The notes beneath the pieces were generated by a model. It did no database searches and had not been told where the DNA came from. It saw nothing but the letters and a program-made list of their open reading frames with translations. From Candidatus Enterousia sp. (GTDB lineage Bacteria; Pseudomonadota; Alphaproteobacteria; Rs-D84), in assembly GCA_045629645.1 (NCBI GenBank), contig JAZQRR010000018.1, forward strand, positions 1 through 56,153: DNA of 56,153 bases. Direction: 5' to 3'. Shown piece after piece: positions 10,801 through 19,358 of this stretch (position 1 is its first letter; each line of letters begins with the position of its first letter). Made by a program: the position numbers and the translations under genes.

Positions 10801-11103
10801 CAACAGTTGACGTTGCAATATGTTGGACGTACACAGTGTAAAGATGGATTACATACAGCAGGATACGGCAAAGGTGCAGATGAAGAAGATGACTGTGGGC
10901 GTATTTTGCATATCGATGAAAGCGTGGTGTATCTGCGTAAAGATAGACGTACAGTCCCATCCTTGTGTGTTCGTGTTGATGGTGTTGTGTATTATGGTAG
11001 TATGAGTAAACAGGAAACAAATATGAACGATAAGTCAGAACGTAAACTGCGTATTAATTACAAAGGTGTTCCTTATTGGGTGCATGATGATACAATGCTG
11101 TGA
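7825..11103 (+). CDS. Large secreted Cys/Thr-rich surface protein with InlB B-repeat (Listeria-Bacteroides/Flg_new-like) units and a conserved C-terminal domain
   Basis: Signal peptide; repeated P.(K/R)TGYTF.GW...L.AQW units; C..G.YCP.G repeats; recent ~222-bp duplication near 9195/9417. Confidence 0.85.
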   Translation: MKARVFGLFFGFMLILGAVTNVRAAGYVCDSIKYTSCGTGFYMTLNGSANSTPTTGNACSTCPSAAEYCPGGTYAPAYKVALNANGGTGGTTAIYRVQNVGWFSSLKKTTTPATSLSGIGDPFSTLPSKPTRTGYTFNGFYDATSGGTQTITSAGVVSASNAYGTATWYAQWTAKTPLITLNGNGAGYTPTTSCTINNSKSSAYYVYDTMQFKCETGNSNIIEALPIPVRTGYKFKGYYSAASGGKQITDASGALINKNFTTTDMTIYAQWEPITFTVIYVANGGSGTQMDNTNCTYDSDCYITKNTYTKTGYTFKNWADRDNSKTFSDGENVKNARTTSGATLFLYAQWTAISKTCSAGQYFNVTECADCTSGYYCPNGSKTYTYNGSIQGRYSCPANSSTNGKTAQISCTCDTGYNYNGGTTTASVSGACQANAYTIKYDSAGGSSVSSTSCTYGSACTVTTTVPTKTGYTFTGWKNGSTSYTSGQSVQNLTSTNGAAVTLTAQWTANTFTLKHVSDGTVVREKTCTYDSACTVTTTVPTKTGYTFGGWSYNGKIYTSGQDVKNLVNTNGATVTLTAQWTAKSYTCGAGKYLDGTECKDCTSGYYCPGDTYTYNAGIQGRSTCPTIYNNSDAGASSNKQCYIITEAGKMILYPSSGTESLCSANYYCSGGVKIYYGEYGGSTACPANSSTNGATGQTKCVCDTGYNYNNGTQVTVNDCVPNTFTVKYDAGLGDGNMADMVCNYDGNCVAADNAFVNIGHNFVGWLCSGGSCNGNIIQAGASLINATVENNAVITLTAQWSTSAISCPAGEYLDGADCKSCPDDSYCVGGSWEYNGQIQGLEKCPEITDKYGAANAELLDALEHTPHSAVDQCRAVFEYAERWYLDFVNNTNVDAGYDEKVNERGLFFVSCDYNPVTRLYDKNCTGVALMCGAGYWSPYNQNTTDVNDLIQNMYIANSPQDAIENTCTQVGDGYWSPSAEGKLDKNANDLLQQLTLQYVGRTQCKDGLHTAGYGKGADEEDDCGRILHIDESVVYLRKDRRTVPSLCVRVDGVVYYGSMSKQETNMNDKSERKLRINYKGVPYWVHDDTML

Positions 11104-11110
11104 TGTTGAT

Positions 11111-11140
11111 AAAAAAATCCCCATAACGGGGATTTTTATT
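11111..11140. terminator. Bidirectional rho-independent terminator
   Basis: AAAAAAATCCCC-ATAAC-GGGGATTTTT between convergent genes. Confidence 0.8.
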
Positions 11141-11564
11141 TTAAAGATTCTGCGGCGGTGCGTGCCAGCAAGTCAACACGTTCGTTCATTTCGTCGCCGT
11201 TATGACCGCGTACCCAAAACCAATGTATTGTTTTTGTTGCAGCCAGTTCATCAAGTTGCATCCATAAATCTTGGTTTTTGACCGGTTTTTTTGTCGATGT
11301 GCGCCAATTATTACGCTTCCACGATGCCAGCCAAGATTGCATGCCATTTTTTACATATTGGCTGTCGGTATGTATTTCCAGTTCTGTATGATTTTTTGCC
11401 GCAGTTAATGCGCGAATAACGGCCATTAATTCCATACGGTTGTTTGTCGTGTTCGATTCGCCGCCACTGCGTTCAGCCGTGTTTGTACCGTCTGTTGCAA
11501 CAAAGCCCCAACCACCAGGTCCAGGGTTGCCAAGGCAACTGCCATCTGTCCAAATTTTTAGCAT
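11136..11564 (-). CDS. rnhA: Ribonuclease HI
   Basis: IWTDGSCLGNPGPGGWG, TTNNRMEL, TDSQYV, VKNQDLW, WVRGHNG..NERVD. Confidence 0.97.
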   Translation of the reverse strand: MLKIWTDGSCLGNPGPGGWGFVATDGTNTAERSGGESNTTNNRMELMAVIRALTAAKNHTELEIHTDSQYVKNGMQSWLASWKRNNWRTSTKKPVKNQDLWMQLDELAATKTIHWFWVRGHNGDEMNERVDLLARTAAESLK

Positions 11565-11599
11565 TTTATATTTATCCTTTTTATGATATAATATCACAC

Positions 11600-13381
11600 A
11601 TGAGCTATAATTCCAAAGATTTAAAAGAAATGGCGAACGCAGTACGCGCATGGGCGTTATATGCTGTGCGTATGGCAGGTAGCGGTCATGTTGGTATTGT
11701 CTTGGGCGCAGCAGATATTATTACAACTGTGTTTGCTAATTTTTTACGTCGTGGTCGTGACAGATTTGTTATGTCTGCTGGACATGGCAGCGCATTGTTA
11801 TATTCTGTGTTAAAAATGTCGGGGTATGAAGTAGGGGATTTGTCTGGTTTTCGTAAGATTGGTGGGTTGCCTGGTCATCCTGAATTTGGTATCGACGGTG
11901 TTGATGCAACAACAGGGCCGTTGGGACAAGGTATAGGTAATGCTGTTGGTATGGCGATGGCAGAAAAAATAAATAAAACCGATTCGCGTATTTATTGCCT
12001 GTGTTCAGATGGCGATTTAATGGAAGGTGTTGCACAGGAATCCGTTGCATTTGCAGGAATTTATAAGTTGAATAATTTAATCTTGTTGTGGGCCGATAAT
12101 GGTGTAAGCATTGATGGTGTTGCCCAAACAGATATTGATATGTGTGCGCGTATGACGGCGGCAGGTTGGTATGTTATCAGTGTTGATGGCAGTGATTTTA
12201 TTGCGTTAAATCGTGCGTTGCAACGTGCGCAAAAACAGGATAAGCCAGTGTTTGTTCAGTGTAAAACAATAATTGGCGCAGGTTCCAGTTTGGCAGGGTC
12301 CAGTCGTGTACATGGTTTTGGGTTGTATGATTCGGAATTGATGGAATTGATTCAGAAAAATATGTCTGTTTCGGGGGAACGCTTATGGGCGGATGTCGCA
12401 TCCAAGGTTGCAGATGTGGTGTCTGTACGTGGTGCAAAGAAAATACCTGATTTTGAATTTGCGTGGGGTAAGTCAGAGGCTTCTATGCGTGAATTGTCGG
12501 GGGATTATTTAAAAGCGTTGATTGAAAATGGTGTAGATGTGATTGGTGGCAGTGCTGATTTGGGTGGCAGTACAAATGTAAAACACAAAGAAGTGCGTGA
12601 AATTCAATCAAATGATTTTACAGGTAATTATATCAATTATGGTGTGCGTGAACATGCAATGGCGGCGATAATGAACGGTATGTCTGCGATGGGGGTGCGT
12701 GTGTTTGGTTCTACGTTTTTAGTTTTTAGCGATTATATGCGTCCAAGTATTCGTTTGTCAGCGTTGTCTGGGTTGCCTGTTGTTTATGTCTTTACACATG
12801 ATAGTGTTGCGGTTGGAGAAGATGGGCCAACGCACCAACCGATTGAACAGTTGCCTGCGTTGCGATTAATTCCGAATTTAAATGTTTTTCGTCCATGTAA
12901 TGATGCAGAGGTGATATATGCGTGGCGAACCGCCTTGACCGAGGTGTCGCGTCCGACATGTATTGTTTTGTCTCGTCAAAAAATTGATTTAATATCTGCA
13001 CCAGAACATACGGATTTATCGCGTGGCGCATATGTTATTCACAGCGCAAGTAAAAAACGTGTTGTTGCCACGATTATTGCAACTGGTTCAGAGGTGTCTT
13101 TGGCGGTCGAAGTGGCCAAGAAGTTGGGTGGTGGTGTACAGGTCGTTTCAATGCCTTCGGTTGCTGATTTTAGAATGCAAGATGATGTCTTTAAACAAAA
13201 AATATTACGTGGCTTTGTTGTCGCAATAGAAGCGTCTGCGTCTGCACCGTGGTTTGAATTTGCTGATGCGGTTGTTGGAATTGACAGATTTGGATTGTCT
13301 GGGGCAGGGGAATTGGTGTATTCAGAACTGGGGTTTGATGTTGATACGATTGTTTGCGATATAAAGGCAAAGTTGAAATAA
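11600..13381 (+). CDS. tkt: Transketolase (compact, ~593 aa)
   Basis: SGHVG, RDRFVMSAGHGS, GHPE, TTGPLGQG, DGDLMEG, GVREHAM, THDS..VGEDGPTHQP. Confidence 0.96.
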   Translation: MSYNSKDLKEMANAVRAWALYAVRMAGSGHVGIVLGAADIITTVFANFLRRGRDRFVMSAGHGSALLYSVLKMSGYEVGDLSGFRKIGGLPGHPEFGIDGVDATTGPLGQGIGNAVGMAMAEKINKTDSRIYCLCSDGDLMEGVAQESVAFAGIYKLNNLILLWADNGVSIDGVAQTDIDMCARMTAAGWYVISVDGSDFIALNRALQRAQKQDKPVFVQCKTIIGAGSSLAGSSRVHGFGLYDSELMELIQKNMSVSGERLWADVASKVADVVSVRGAKKIPDFEFAWGKSEASMRELSGDYLKALIENGVDVIGGSADLGGSTNVKHKEVREIQSNDFTGNYINYGVREHAMAAIMNGMSAMGVRVFGSTFLVFSDYMRPSIRLSALSGLPVVYVFTHDSVAVGEDGPTHQPIEQLPALRLIPNLNVFRPCNDAEVIYAWRTALTEVSRPTCIVLSRQKIDLISAPEHTDLSRGAYVIHSASKKRVVATIIATGSEVSLAVEVAKKLGGGVQVVSMPSVADFRMQDDVFKQKILRGFVVAIEASASAPWFEFADAVVGIDRFGLSGAGELVYSELGFDVDTIVCDIKAKLK

Positions 13382-13400
13382 AAAACAGGCGAAGTGATAT

Positions 13401-14099
13401 ATGTCTGATTATGTTTTTGTTTTGTCGTCAGGTAAAGAAATTCCTGTGATTATAAATACTAAGCGTGGGTTAAAAAATATTACGTTGCGTCCGAAAGTTG
13501 TCCCGCAGCCGGAAATTGTGATTTCAAAACCATGGTTGGTATCTGCGGGGACCGCAATAAAATTCTTGGAATCCAAACAGCGTTGGATAGAAAATGTTTT
13601 TAAATCTATGCCAGTAAAAAGCGTTATAAAATCTGGGGATAAGATAAATTTTTTAGGACGCGAGGTTTTGGTTTTACATAATTCTGGGGTGCGTTCTAAT
13701 CATTTTGATGCACAAGGATGTGTTTTAACCGTTGGTGGCGGTGAAGATATGTTTCAACGACGGGTTCGTGATTTTATCAAATCTGAATTTTTAAAAGAAG
13801 TAAAGGCGATAATAAAAACCGCACCCAGGGAGTTTTGGCCCAGGAAAATTGTAATTCGTGATACTGTATCACGTTGGGGCAGTTGTTCTTCAACGGGGAC
13901 TATGTCATTCTCGTGGCGTTTGGCATTGGCACCAGTTGATGTTATGCGATATGTTGTAATGCATGAATTGGCGCATGTTAAACATATGGATCATTCACCA
14001 GAATTTTGGGCGACTGTACGAGAATTGTATGGTTTTGGTGTAGAACGTGCAAAACGCTGGTTGGTAAGTAATGGCGCGCAGTTACATTGTTATTTTTAA
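13401..14099 (+). CDS. YgjP/DUF45 (SprT/M48-like) metal-dependent hydrolase
   Basis: SRWGSCS, FSWRL, YVVMHELAH..HMDHS..FW. Confidence 0.9.
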   Translation: MSDYVFVLSSGKEIPVIINTKRGLKNITLRPKVVPQPEIVISKPWLVSAGTAIKFLESKQRWIENVFKSMPVKSVIKSGDKINFLGREVLVLHNSGVRSNHFDAQGCVLTVGGGEDMFQRRVRDFIKSEFLKEVKAIIKTAPREFWPRKIVIRDTVSRWGSCSSTGTMSFSWRLALAPVDVMRYVVMHELAHVKHMDHSPEFWATVRELYGFGVERAKRWLVSNGAQLHCYF

Positions 14100-14300
14100 T
14101 ATCAGGAAAAAGTGCCTGTGGAATATTCGCGAATGTTTGTATATTATGTGTGTGTAGTTTATGGGGCGTCAAAATAAATTGTTGACACAGATGTTAAAAA
14201 GCAAGAATCTTTTCTTTCGTCATTTGTGTGCAGGCAAACGACGCCCCGCCTGATGATAAAAAGTCTTGAAATCCCGATTTTTTATTCTAAACTGTACATA

Positions 14301-14360
14301 ATGACTGATAAATATTGTGTTTTTTATATTTTTCATCACGCCCATATGGGTGGATATTAG
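14301..14360 (+). promoter_or_regulatory. Putative histidine leader peptide MTDKYCVFYIFHHAHMGGY upstream of hisS
   Basis: 19-codon ORF with His-His-Ala-His, directly after TTGAAA-N16-TAAACT (14266-14293), 80 bp before hisS. Confidence 0.6.
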
Positions 14361-14440
14361 CATATTGTGATTTTTTATGATATAATGTTGGCACGATTAG
14401 TGTCGAAGAATTTCTTGTTTAAAAACCATAGGAATAAAAA

Positions 14441-15742
14441 ATGGATTTAAAACCAACAAAGCCTTTGTCGGGATTTATAGAATTAACGCCGGTGCAACAG
14501 CGTTGTTTTGACTTTTGTGTGGCGAAAATGTTGTCTGTGTTAAAAATGTCTGGGTTTAATCATCTGGATTTGCCGGCGATTGAACGTGCCGAAGTGTTAA
14601 CAGATAAAGATAATTGGGATGAAATTGAAACTCAGATATTTTTGTTTCAAAAGGGTGATACAAAAATGGGACTGCGTTACGATGGTACTGTTGGTTTGTC
14701 GCGCTATGTTGCGGGTCATTTAAATGATTTAGTGTTTCCGTTTCGCGCCAGTCAGTTTTCAAAACGCTATCGTGGGGAACGTGCACAGCGTGGTCGTTAT
14801 CGCGAGTTTTATCAAATGGATATGGATATAATGGGGGTTAATTCGTTATCTACGAATTATGATGCGGAAATTATTTCTGTTATTCAGCGTACATTAAATT
14901 CTGTGTCTGAATTTATTGGTAATAATGCTGTACGTATTGGTTCTAGACCGTTTTGGGATGCGTTGTTTGATTATTTGGAAATGACGGATGCTCAGAAAAA
15001 AGACGTGTTCGTTTTGATTGACAAGAAAGATAAAATGGGCGACGATGATTTTGCAGAAGGCTTGAAAGATACATTAAATAACACAGAAAAAGAAAATCAA
15101 ATAAAGTCTGTGTTTTCAAACGGTTATTCTGTGTTTTTAAACAAATCTGATAAGTTGGATTTTGCAATTTCTGAATTGCAAGATTTTATAAAAACGTTGG
15201 ATTTATTTGGTGTAAAAAATGCAGAAATAGATTTGTCTATTGCACGCGGTTTGGCGTATTATACTGGTTTGGTGTTTGAATTTAAATCTTTGAAATATCC
15301 GGATTTAGGTACGATTGCAGGCGGTGGGCGTTATGCTAATTTGGCGGAAAAATTCAGTAAAACTAAGATAATTGGTGTTGGTGCTGCGATCGGTTTTTCG
15401 CGTATATTTGTTGCATTAATGGAATCTGGGGCGATTAATTTGAATCAATTTGAAGTGCCTGTCGATGTAACTGTATTATGTATGGGGGGTGAAAATTTAT
15501 CGTACGCGACATCTGTTTTAAATGCTTTGCGTGATGAAAATATTGCTGCGGTTGCCTATTTGGATGCGGAAAAGAAATTTAAAAATCAAATCGAATACGC
15601 AAACAAAATAAATTCTAGATTCAGTATAATAATTGGCGAAGATGAAGTAAAAAATCAGCTTGTGTCAATTAAAAATATGCAGAGTGGGGAACAACAAGCA
15701 GTTACTTTGTTGGATGCTGTAAAAACTATAAAGGCGACATAA
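14441..15742 (+). CDS. hisS: Histidine--tRNA ligase
   Basis: LRYDGT, YRGERAQRGRYREFYQ.D.D, ARGLAYYTG, GGGRY, anticodon-binding domain. Confidence 0.96.
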   Translation: MDLKPTKPLSGFIELTPVQQRCFDFCVAKMLSVLKMSGFNHLDLPAIERAEVLTDKDNWDEIETQIFLFQKGDTKMGLRYDGTVGLSRYVAGHLNDLVFPFRASQFSKRYRGERAQRGRYREFYQMDMDIMGVNSLSTNYDAEIISVIQRTLNSVSEFIGNNAVRIGSRPFWDALFDYLEMTDAQKKDVFVLIDKKDKMGDDDFAEGLKDTLNNTEKENQIKSVFSNGYSVFLNKSDKLDFAISELQDFIKTLDLFGVKNAEIDLSIARGLAYYTGLVFEFKSLKYPDLGTIAGGGRYANLAEKFSKTKIIGVGAAIGFSRIFVALMESGAINLNQFEVPVDVTVLCMGGENLSYATSVLNALRDENIAAVAYLDAEKKFKNQIEYANKINSRFSIIIGEDEVKNQLVSIKNMQSGEQQAVTLLDAVKTIKAT

Positions 15743-16806
15743 TGATTGTTGAACAAAAATTAAAAGATATTCAAACAAGATTTGCTGATATCGAAGCGCA
15801 AATGAATTCGGGTGTTGTTGCTGGTGATGAACTGGCAAGATTATCGAAAGAATATTCCAGATTGTCGGAAATTATTCCGTTAATAAAAGAATATTTTCAG
15901 GTTGTTGCTGGTATTGCCGACGCACGCGAAATGCAACATGATGCAGAATTGCGTGATATTGCAACAGAACAGCTGCACGAGTTAAATCATAGACTGCCTG
16001 ATATTGAAAAGAGTTTGCAAATAGCCTTGTTACCACGAGATGAAGCGGACGATAATAGTGTGATTATGGAAATCCGTGCTGGTGTTGGTGGTGAAGAGTC
16101 GGCTTTGTTTGCAGGCGATTTGTATAACCAATATAAATCTTATGCGTTGCGTCAAGGCTGGAAGGTAGAGGTTATTGAAGAAAACGCAACGTCGTTACGT
16201 GGCTATAAGGAAATAGTCTTTAAGATAGACGGGGCAGGCGCGTACGGTCGTATGAAATTTGAATCAGGGATACATCGTGTGCAACGTGTGCCCGAGACCG
16301 AAGCAGGTGGACGTATTCATACCAGTGCGGCGTCTGTTGCTGTTATGCCAGAAGCCAAAGAAATTGACGTTGTGATTGACGACAAGGATATACGTATTGA
16401 TATATTCCGTGCGTCTGGTGCAGGTGGTCAGCACGTTAATAAGACGGATAGTGCAATACGTATTACACATTTTCCAACAGGAATTGTTGTTACGTGCCAA
16501 AATGAACGCAGTCAGTTGCAAAACAAAATTGCGGCAATGTCTGTCTTGCGTTCTAAGATATATGAAAAAAGACGTATGGAACAAGAAAATGCAAGTAATG
16601 CATCGCGTCAGTCTATGGTTGGTTCTGGGGATCGCAGCGAGAAAATACGTACGTATAATTTTCCAGAACAACGCGTAACAGATCATCGTATTAAACTGAC
16701 TTTGTATAAACTGGATGATATTTTGGCAGGAGGTGCAGGATTGGATGAAATGATAGATGCCTTGATTGCGGCGGATCAATTGGAACAATTGGCGAATATG
16801 GAATAG
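15742..16806 (+). CDS. prfA: Peptide chain release factor 1
   Basis: HRVQRVPETE (PxT), GAGGQHVN, GDRSEKIRTYNFP. Confidence 0.97.
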   Translation: MIVEQKLKDIQTRFADIEAQMNSGVVAGDELARLSKEYSRLSEIIPLIKEYFQVVAGIADAREMQHDAELRDIATEQLHELNHRLPDIEKSLQIALLPRDEADDNSVIMEIRAGVGGEESALFAGDLYNQYKSYALRQGWKVEVIEENATSLRGYKEIVFKIDGAGAYGRMKFESGIHRVQRVPETEAGGRIHTSAASVAVMPEAKEIDVVIDDKDIRIDIFRASGAGGQHVNKTDSAIRITHFPTGIVVTCQNERSQLQNKIAAMSVLRSKIYEKRRMEQENASNASRQSMVGSGDRSEKIRTYNFPEQRVTDHRIKLTLYKLDDILAGGAGLDEMIDALIAADQLEQLANME

Positions 16807-16832
16807 TGTATATTTGCCTTGTAAAAAAAATA

Positions 16833-16865
16833 AAAAACATCCGCCAATCGGCGGTTGTTTTTTGT
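16833..16865. terminator. Bidirectional terminator after prfA
   Basis: AAAAACATCCGCC-AATC-GGCGGTTGTTTTT. Confidence 0.75.
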
Positions 16866-16876
16866 TTTTGTTGTTT

Positions 16877-17935
16877 TTAGAACAGGTATTTAATTTTTGC
16901 GCCACCCAACCATCCGTACCTGTCGCCGTCGTGTCTGCCGATGTTTATGCCAAGGTCCAGATTACCAAATTGTTTGTTTATGGTCAGGGTGTATTCAAAG
17001 TAATTTCCTGTGTCCAGATTGTTTAGTTTGATGTTATTTACGGTAGTTTGGTTGCTGTTGTTGTGGATTATGTATTTTGCGCTTAGTATACCAAACCAAT
17101 TATTTCCGATATTTTTTATCAGGTTTATGGCGGGTGTGAATTCAAAATAATTTGCAGAATTGTTTTTAATGTATTCTCCGGTTGTGGATGTGTAATTGTT
17201 GGATTTTATCCATGTGTATCCAGCGAATATTTCCGGTGTAAATGTTAATGTTTTGTCTAGTTTCAGGTCGTAAGAAAGACGTGCGGCACCACCAATCCAA
17301 AAGTTTGTAAAGTCGTCTGTGTCGGTTGATGTTTTTATGGCGTTGTCCATTGCGCCTGTGTTTAATGTAGTTTTTATATTGATTTTGTTTGTGTTAAAAT
17401 TGTTATACAGACCAAAATATCCGCCTTGTTCATCGATGTTGATGTTTTTGTTTTCTTGTGTTGATCCGATGTATCCTGTGTATATGCCCCATGTGTTTTT
17501 TATAGTGGATGTGATGTTGTATTCGTTACCACCAAGCCCAAGTGTTATTATGTCGGATTTTGTTTTTATTGGGGCAGGTGTGTTGAATTTTACTTTATTG
17601 TTAAAATGTTGCCATGTGGCAAAAATATTATTGAGTGTCGGTGTAACTTTGTCGCCGCCACTGCGTCCGTCGTCGTTGTATTCGCCGTATTGGGACATTG
17701 TTCCGTACATTGGTGCGTGTCCGTACATGTTGGATGTGTTTTTTATTGTTGTGCTGTGTGTGTTTTTGTTGTGAAACGAATTGAATGTGCTGTTTATCAG
17801 AGAGTGTTGTAGCGCATAGATGTTGTTGGTTGTTATTTGGTTTGCGTATGCGGTTGGAGATGTGTTGGCGTTTGCGGACGATTGCGCAAACAGTGTTAAT
17901 ATTAATAGTGCAGGGTATATTGAGGTGTTTTTCAT
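16877..17935 (-). CDS. Autotransporter beta-domain-like outer membrane protein with almost no passenger
   Basis: Signal peptide, GRSGGD linker, amphipathic beta strands, C-terminal GAKIKYLF (BAM beta-signal-like). Confidence 0.75.
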   Translation of the reverse strand: MKNTSIYPALLILTLFAQSSANANTSPTAYANQITTNNIYALQHSLINSTFNSFHNKNTHSTTIKNTSNMYGHAPMYGTMSQYGEYNDDGRSGGDKVTPTLNNIFATWQHFNNKVKFNTPAPIKTKSDIITLGLGGNEYNITSTIKNTWGIYTGYIGSTQENKNINIDEQGGYFGLYNNFNTNKINIKTTLNTGAMDNAIKTSTDTDDFTNFWIGGAARLSYDLKLDKTLTFTPEIFAGYTWIKSNNYTSTTGEYIKNNSANYFEFTPAINLIKNIGNNWFGILSAKYIIHNNSNQTTVNNIKLNNLDTGNYFEYTLTINKQFGNLDLGINIGRHDGDRYGWLGGAKIKYLF

Positions 17936-18051
17936 TGTTTTTCTCTCTGTGTGTTTGTATGTTTTATATTCTATCATAAAAAATGTTAATTTAGAAGTTT
18001 TGTATAATTTTATTGTGAAAAATATCAATTTTTGATAATATGTTCTGTGTT

Positions 18052-18600
18052 ATGAAAAAAGAGCACGAGGATTTTATTGATAGGCCGGTTGTGATGGTTG
18101 GTCTGATGGGGGCGGGTAAAACCAGTGTTGGTCGTGCGTTGGCACGTCGTTTGGGAATACCGTTTGTTGACTCGGATAAAGAGATTGAAGCGGCGGCCGG
18201 TTGCAGTGTTGTTGATATTTTTTCAATGTATGGCGAAGAAGAGTTTAGGCGTGTAGAAAAACGTGTTATTGAACGTTTGTTGGATACGCCGCCTGCATTA
18301 AAAGTTATTTCTACGGGCGAGGGGGCTTTTATTACGCCTGCAATACGCGAGATGGTTCTGGAACGTGCATTGTCGGTTTGGTTGCGTGCGGATTTGGATT
18401 TGTTGGTAAAACGAACTGGGGCGCGTGATACACGGCCGCAATTATTGAATACGGACAGTCGCAAGATTTTAAAACAACTGATAGATGAACGTTACGAAAT
18501 TTATTCTATGGCAGACATAACGGTCGAGACGAATGATGAGAATTTGCGTAAAACTTTGGGTAAGGTTTTGCGTGCAATCGAGGAGTATTCTAACAAATAA
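18052..18600 (+). CDS. aroK: Shikimate kinase
   Basis: MVGLMGAGKTSVG..LA..L...FVDSD.EIE, GEEEFR..E, STGEG, RPQL. Confidence 0.93.
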   Translation: MKKEHEDFIDRPVVMVGLMGAGKTSVGRALARRLGIPFVDSDKEIEAAAGCSVVDIFSMYGEEEFRRVEKRVIERLLDTPPALKVISTGEGAFITPAIREMVLERALSVWLRADLDLLVKRTGARDTRPQLLNTDSRKILKQLIDERYEIYSMADITVETNDENLRKTLGKVLRAIEEYSNK

Positions 18601-18616
18601 CATAAAGGGGTAAAAA

Positions 18617-19189
18617 ATGGCTAAAAAGAACAATATATTTAAAGAATTTAGTACTTTTGTTCAACGCGGAAATGCAATAGATATGGCTGTCGGTATCATT
18701 GTAGGTAGTGTTATGACAGGTGTTGTTAATTCGCTGGTAAAAGATGTTATTATGCCGCCAATTGGATTGTTGGTTGGTGGTGTTGATTTTTCGCAATGGT
18801 TCTTTGTGTTGGGCGGCGGTGAAGCAGGGGCGGTTTATGAAACTATTGCTCAGGCGCAGGCAGCAGGCGCTACTACTTTGAATCTGGGACTGTTTTTGAA
18901 TTCAGTGGTCAGCTTTTTTATCACGATGTTTGCTATATTCTTGTTTGTGCGTACGATGAATAAAATGCGCGATAAAAAGCCGGCTAATACACATGCGTGT
19001 CCGTATTGCAAGTCTTCAATTAATAATTCTGCTGTAAAATGTCCGTTTTGTTGTTCGGATATAGAACCAGTTGAAACAGGTGCAGTTGAAGATAGTGATT
19101 TGAAAAAATCTTTGAAAGGATTAAAGAAAGTTGCCGCGGGCGTCGCGTCGGATTCAATTAAAAAAATCAAAAAAATAACAAAGCATTAA
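18617..19189 (+). CDS. mscL: Large-conductance mechanosensitive channel with C-terminal CxxC-CxxC zinc-ribbon extension
   Basis: FKEF..F..RGNAIDMAVGIIVG, SLVKDVIMPPIG, CPYC...CPFC. Confidence 0.94.
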   Translation: MAKKNNIFKEFSTFVQRGNAIDMAVGIIVGSVMTGVVNSLVKDVIMPPIGLLVGGVDFSQWFFVLGGGEAGAVYETIAQAQAAGATTLNLGLFLNSVVSFFITMFAIFLFVRTMNKMRDKKPANTHACPYCKSSINNSAVKCPFCCSDIEPVETGAVEDSDLKKSLKGLKKVAAGVASDSIKKIKKITKH

Positions 19190-19220
19190 TCGTGTTATTT
19201 GATAAATTGATTTAGTTTTT

Positions 19221-19246
19221 AAAAGGCGGTTTTAAACCGTCTTTTT
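19221..19246 (+). terminator. Terminator after mscL
   Basis: AAAAGGCGGTT-TTA-AACCGTCTTTT. Confidence 0.7.
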
Positions 19247-19270
19247 GTATGGCGGGGCAGTAAAACAGAT

Positions 19271-19298
19271 AAGGCGCATAATGTGTATTATGTATAGT
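19271..19298 (+). other. dif-like XerC/XerD site, left prophage boundary
   Basis: AAGGCGCATAA-TGTGTA-TTATGTATAGT versus E. coli dif GGTGCGCATAA-TGTATA-TTATGTTAAAT. Confidence 0.88.
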
Positions 19299-19308
19299 TA
19301 TGTCTCGA

Positions 19309-19344
19309 AACTATAAACATAAGATACTGTTATACATGCCTTTG
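19309..19344 (-). other. Inverted degenerate dif-like copy (putative second arm of a ssDNA hairpin attP)
   Basis: Reverse complement reads CAAAGGC(AT)GTATAA-CAGTATC-TTATG(TT)TATAGTT, matching the right boundary CAAAGGCGTATAA-CATAATA-TTATGTATAGTT. Confidence 0.8.
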
Positions 19345-19358
19345 TTAAAGATACTATA

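Noticed and set aside
11444..11599. N-terminal extensions of tkt and rnhA in the ORF track
   Set aside because: They overlap the divergent gene; homology-consistent starts are 11600 and 11564
14101..14260. tmRNA or SRP RNA (GGGGCG start, GCAAACGAC resembling an AND tag)
   Set aside because: No T-arm/CCA acceptor piece, the tag frame lacks an Ala-rich end, and there is no SRP domain IV motif
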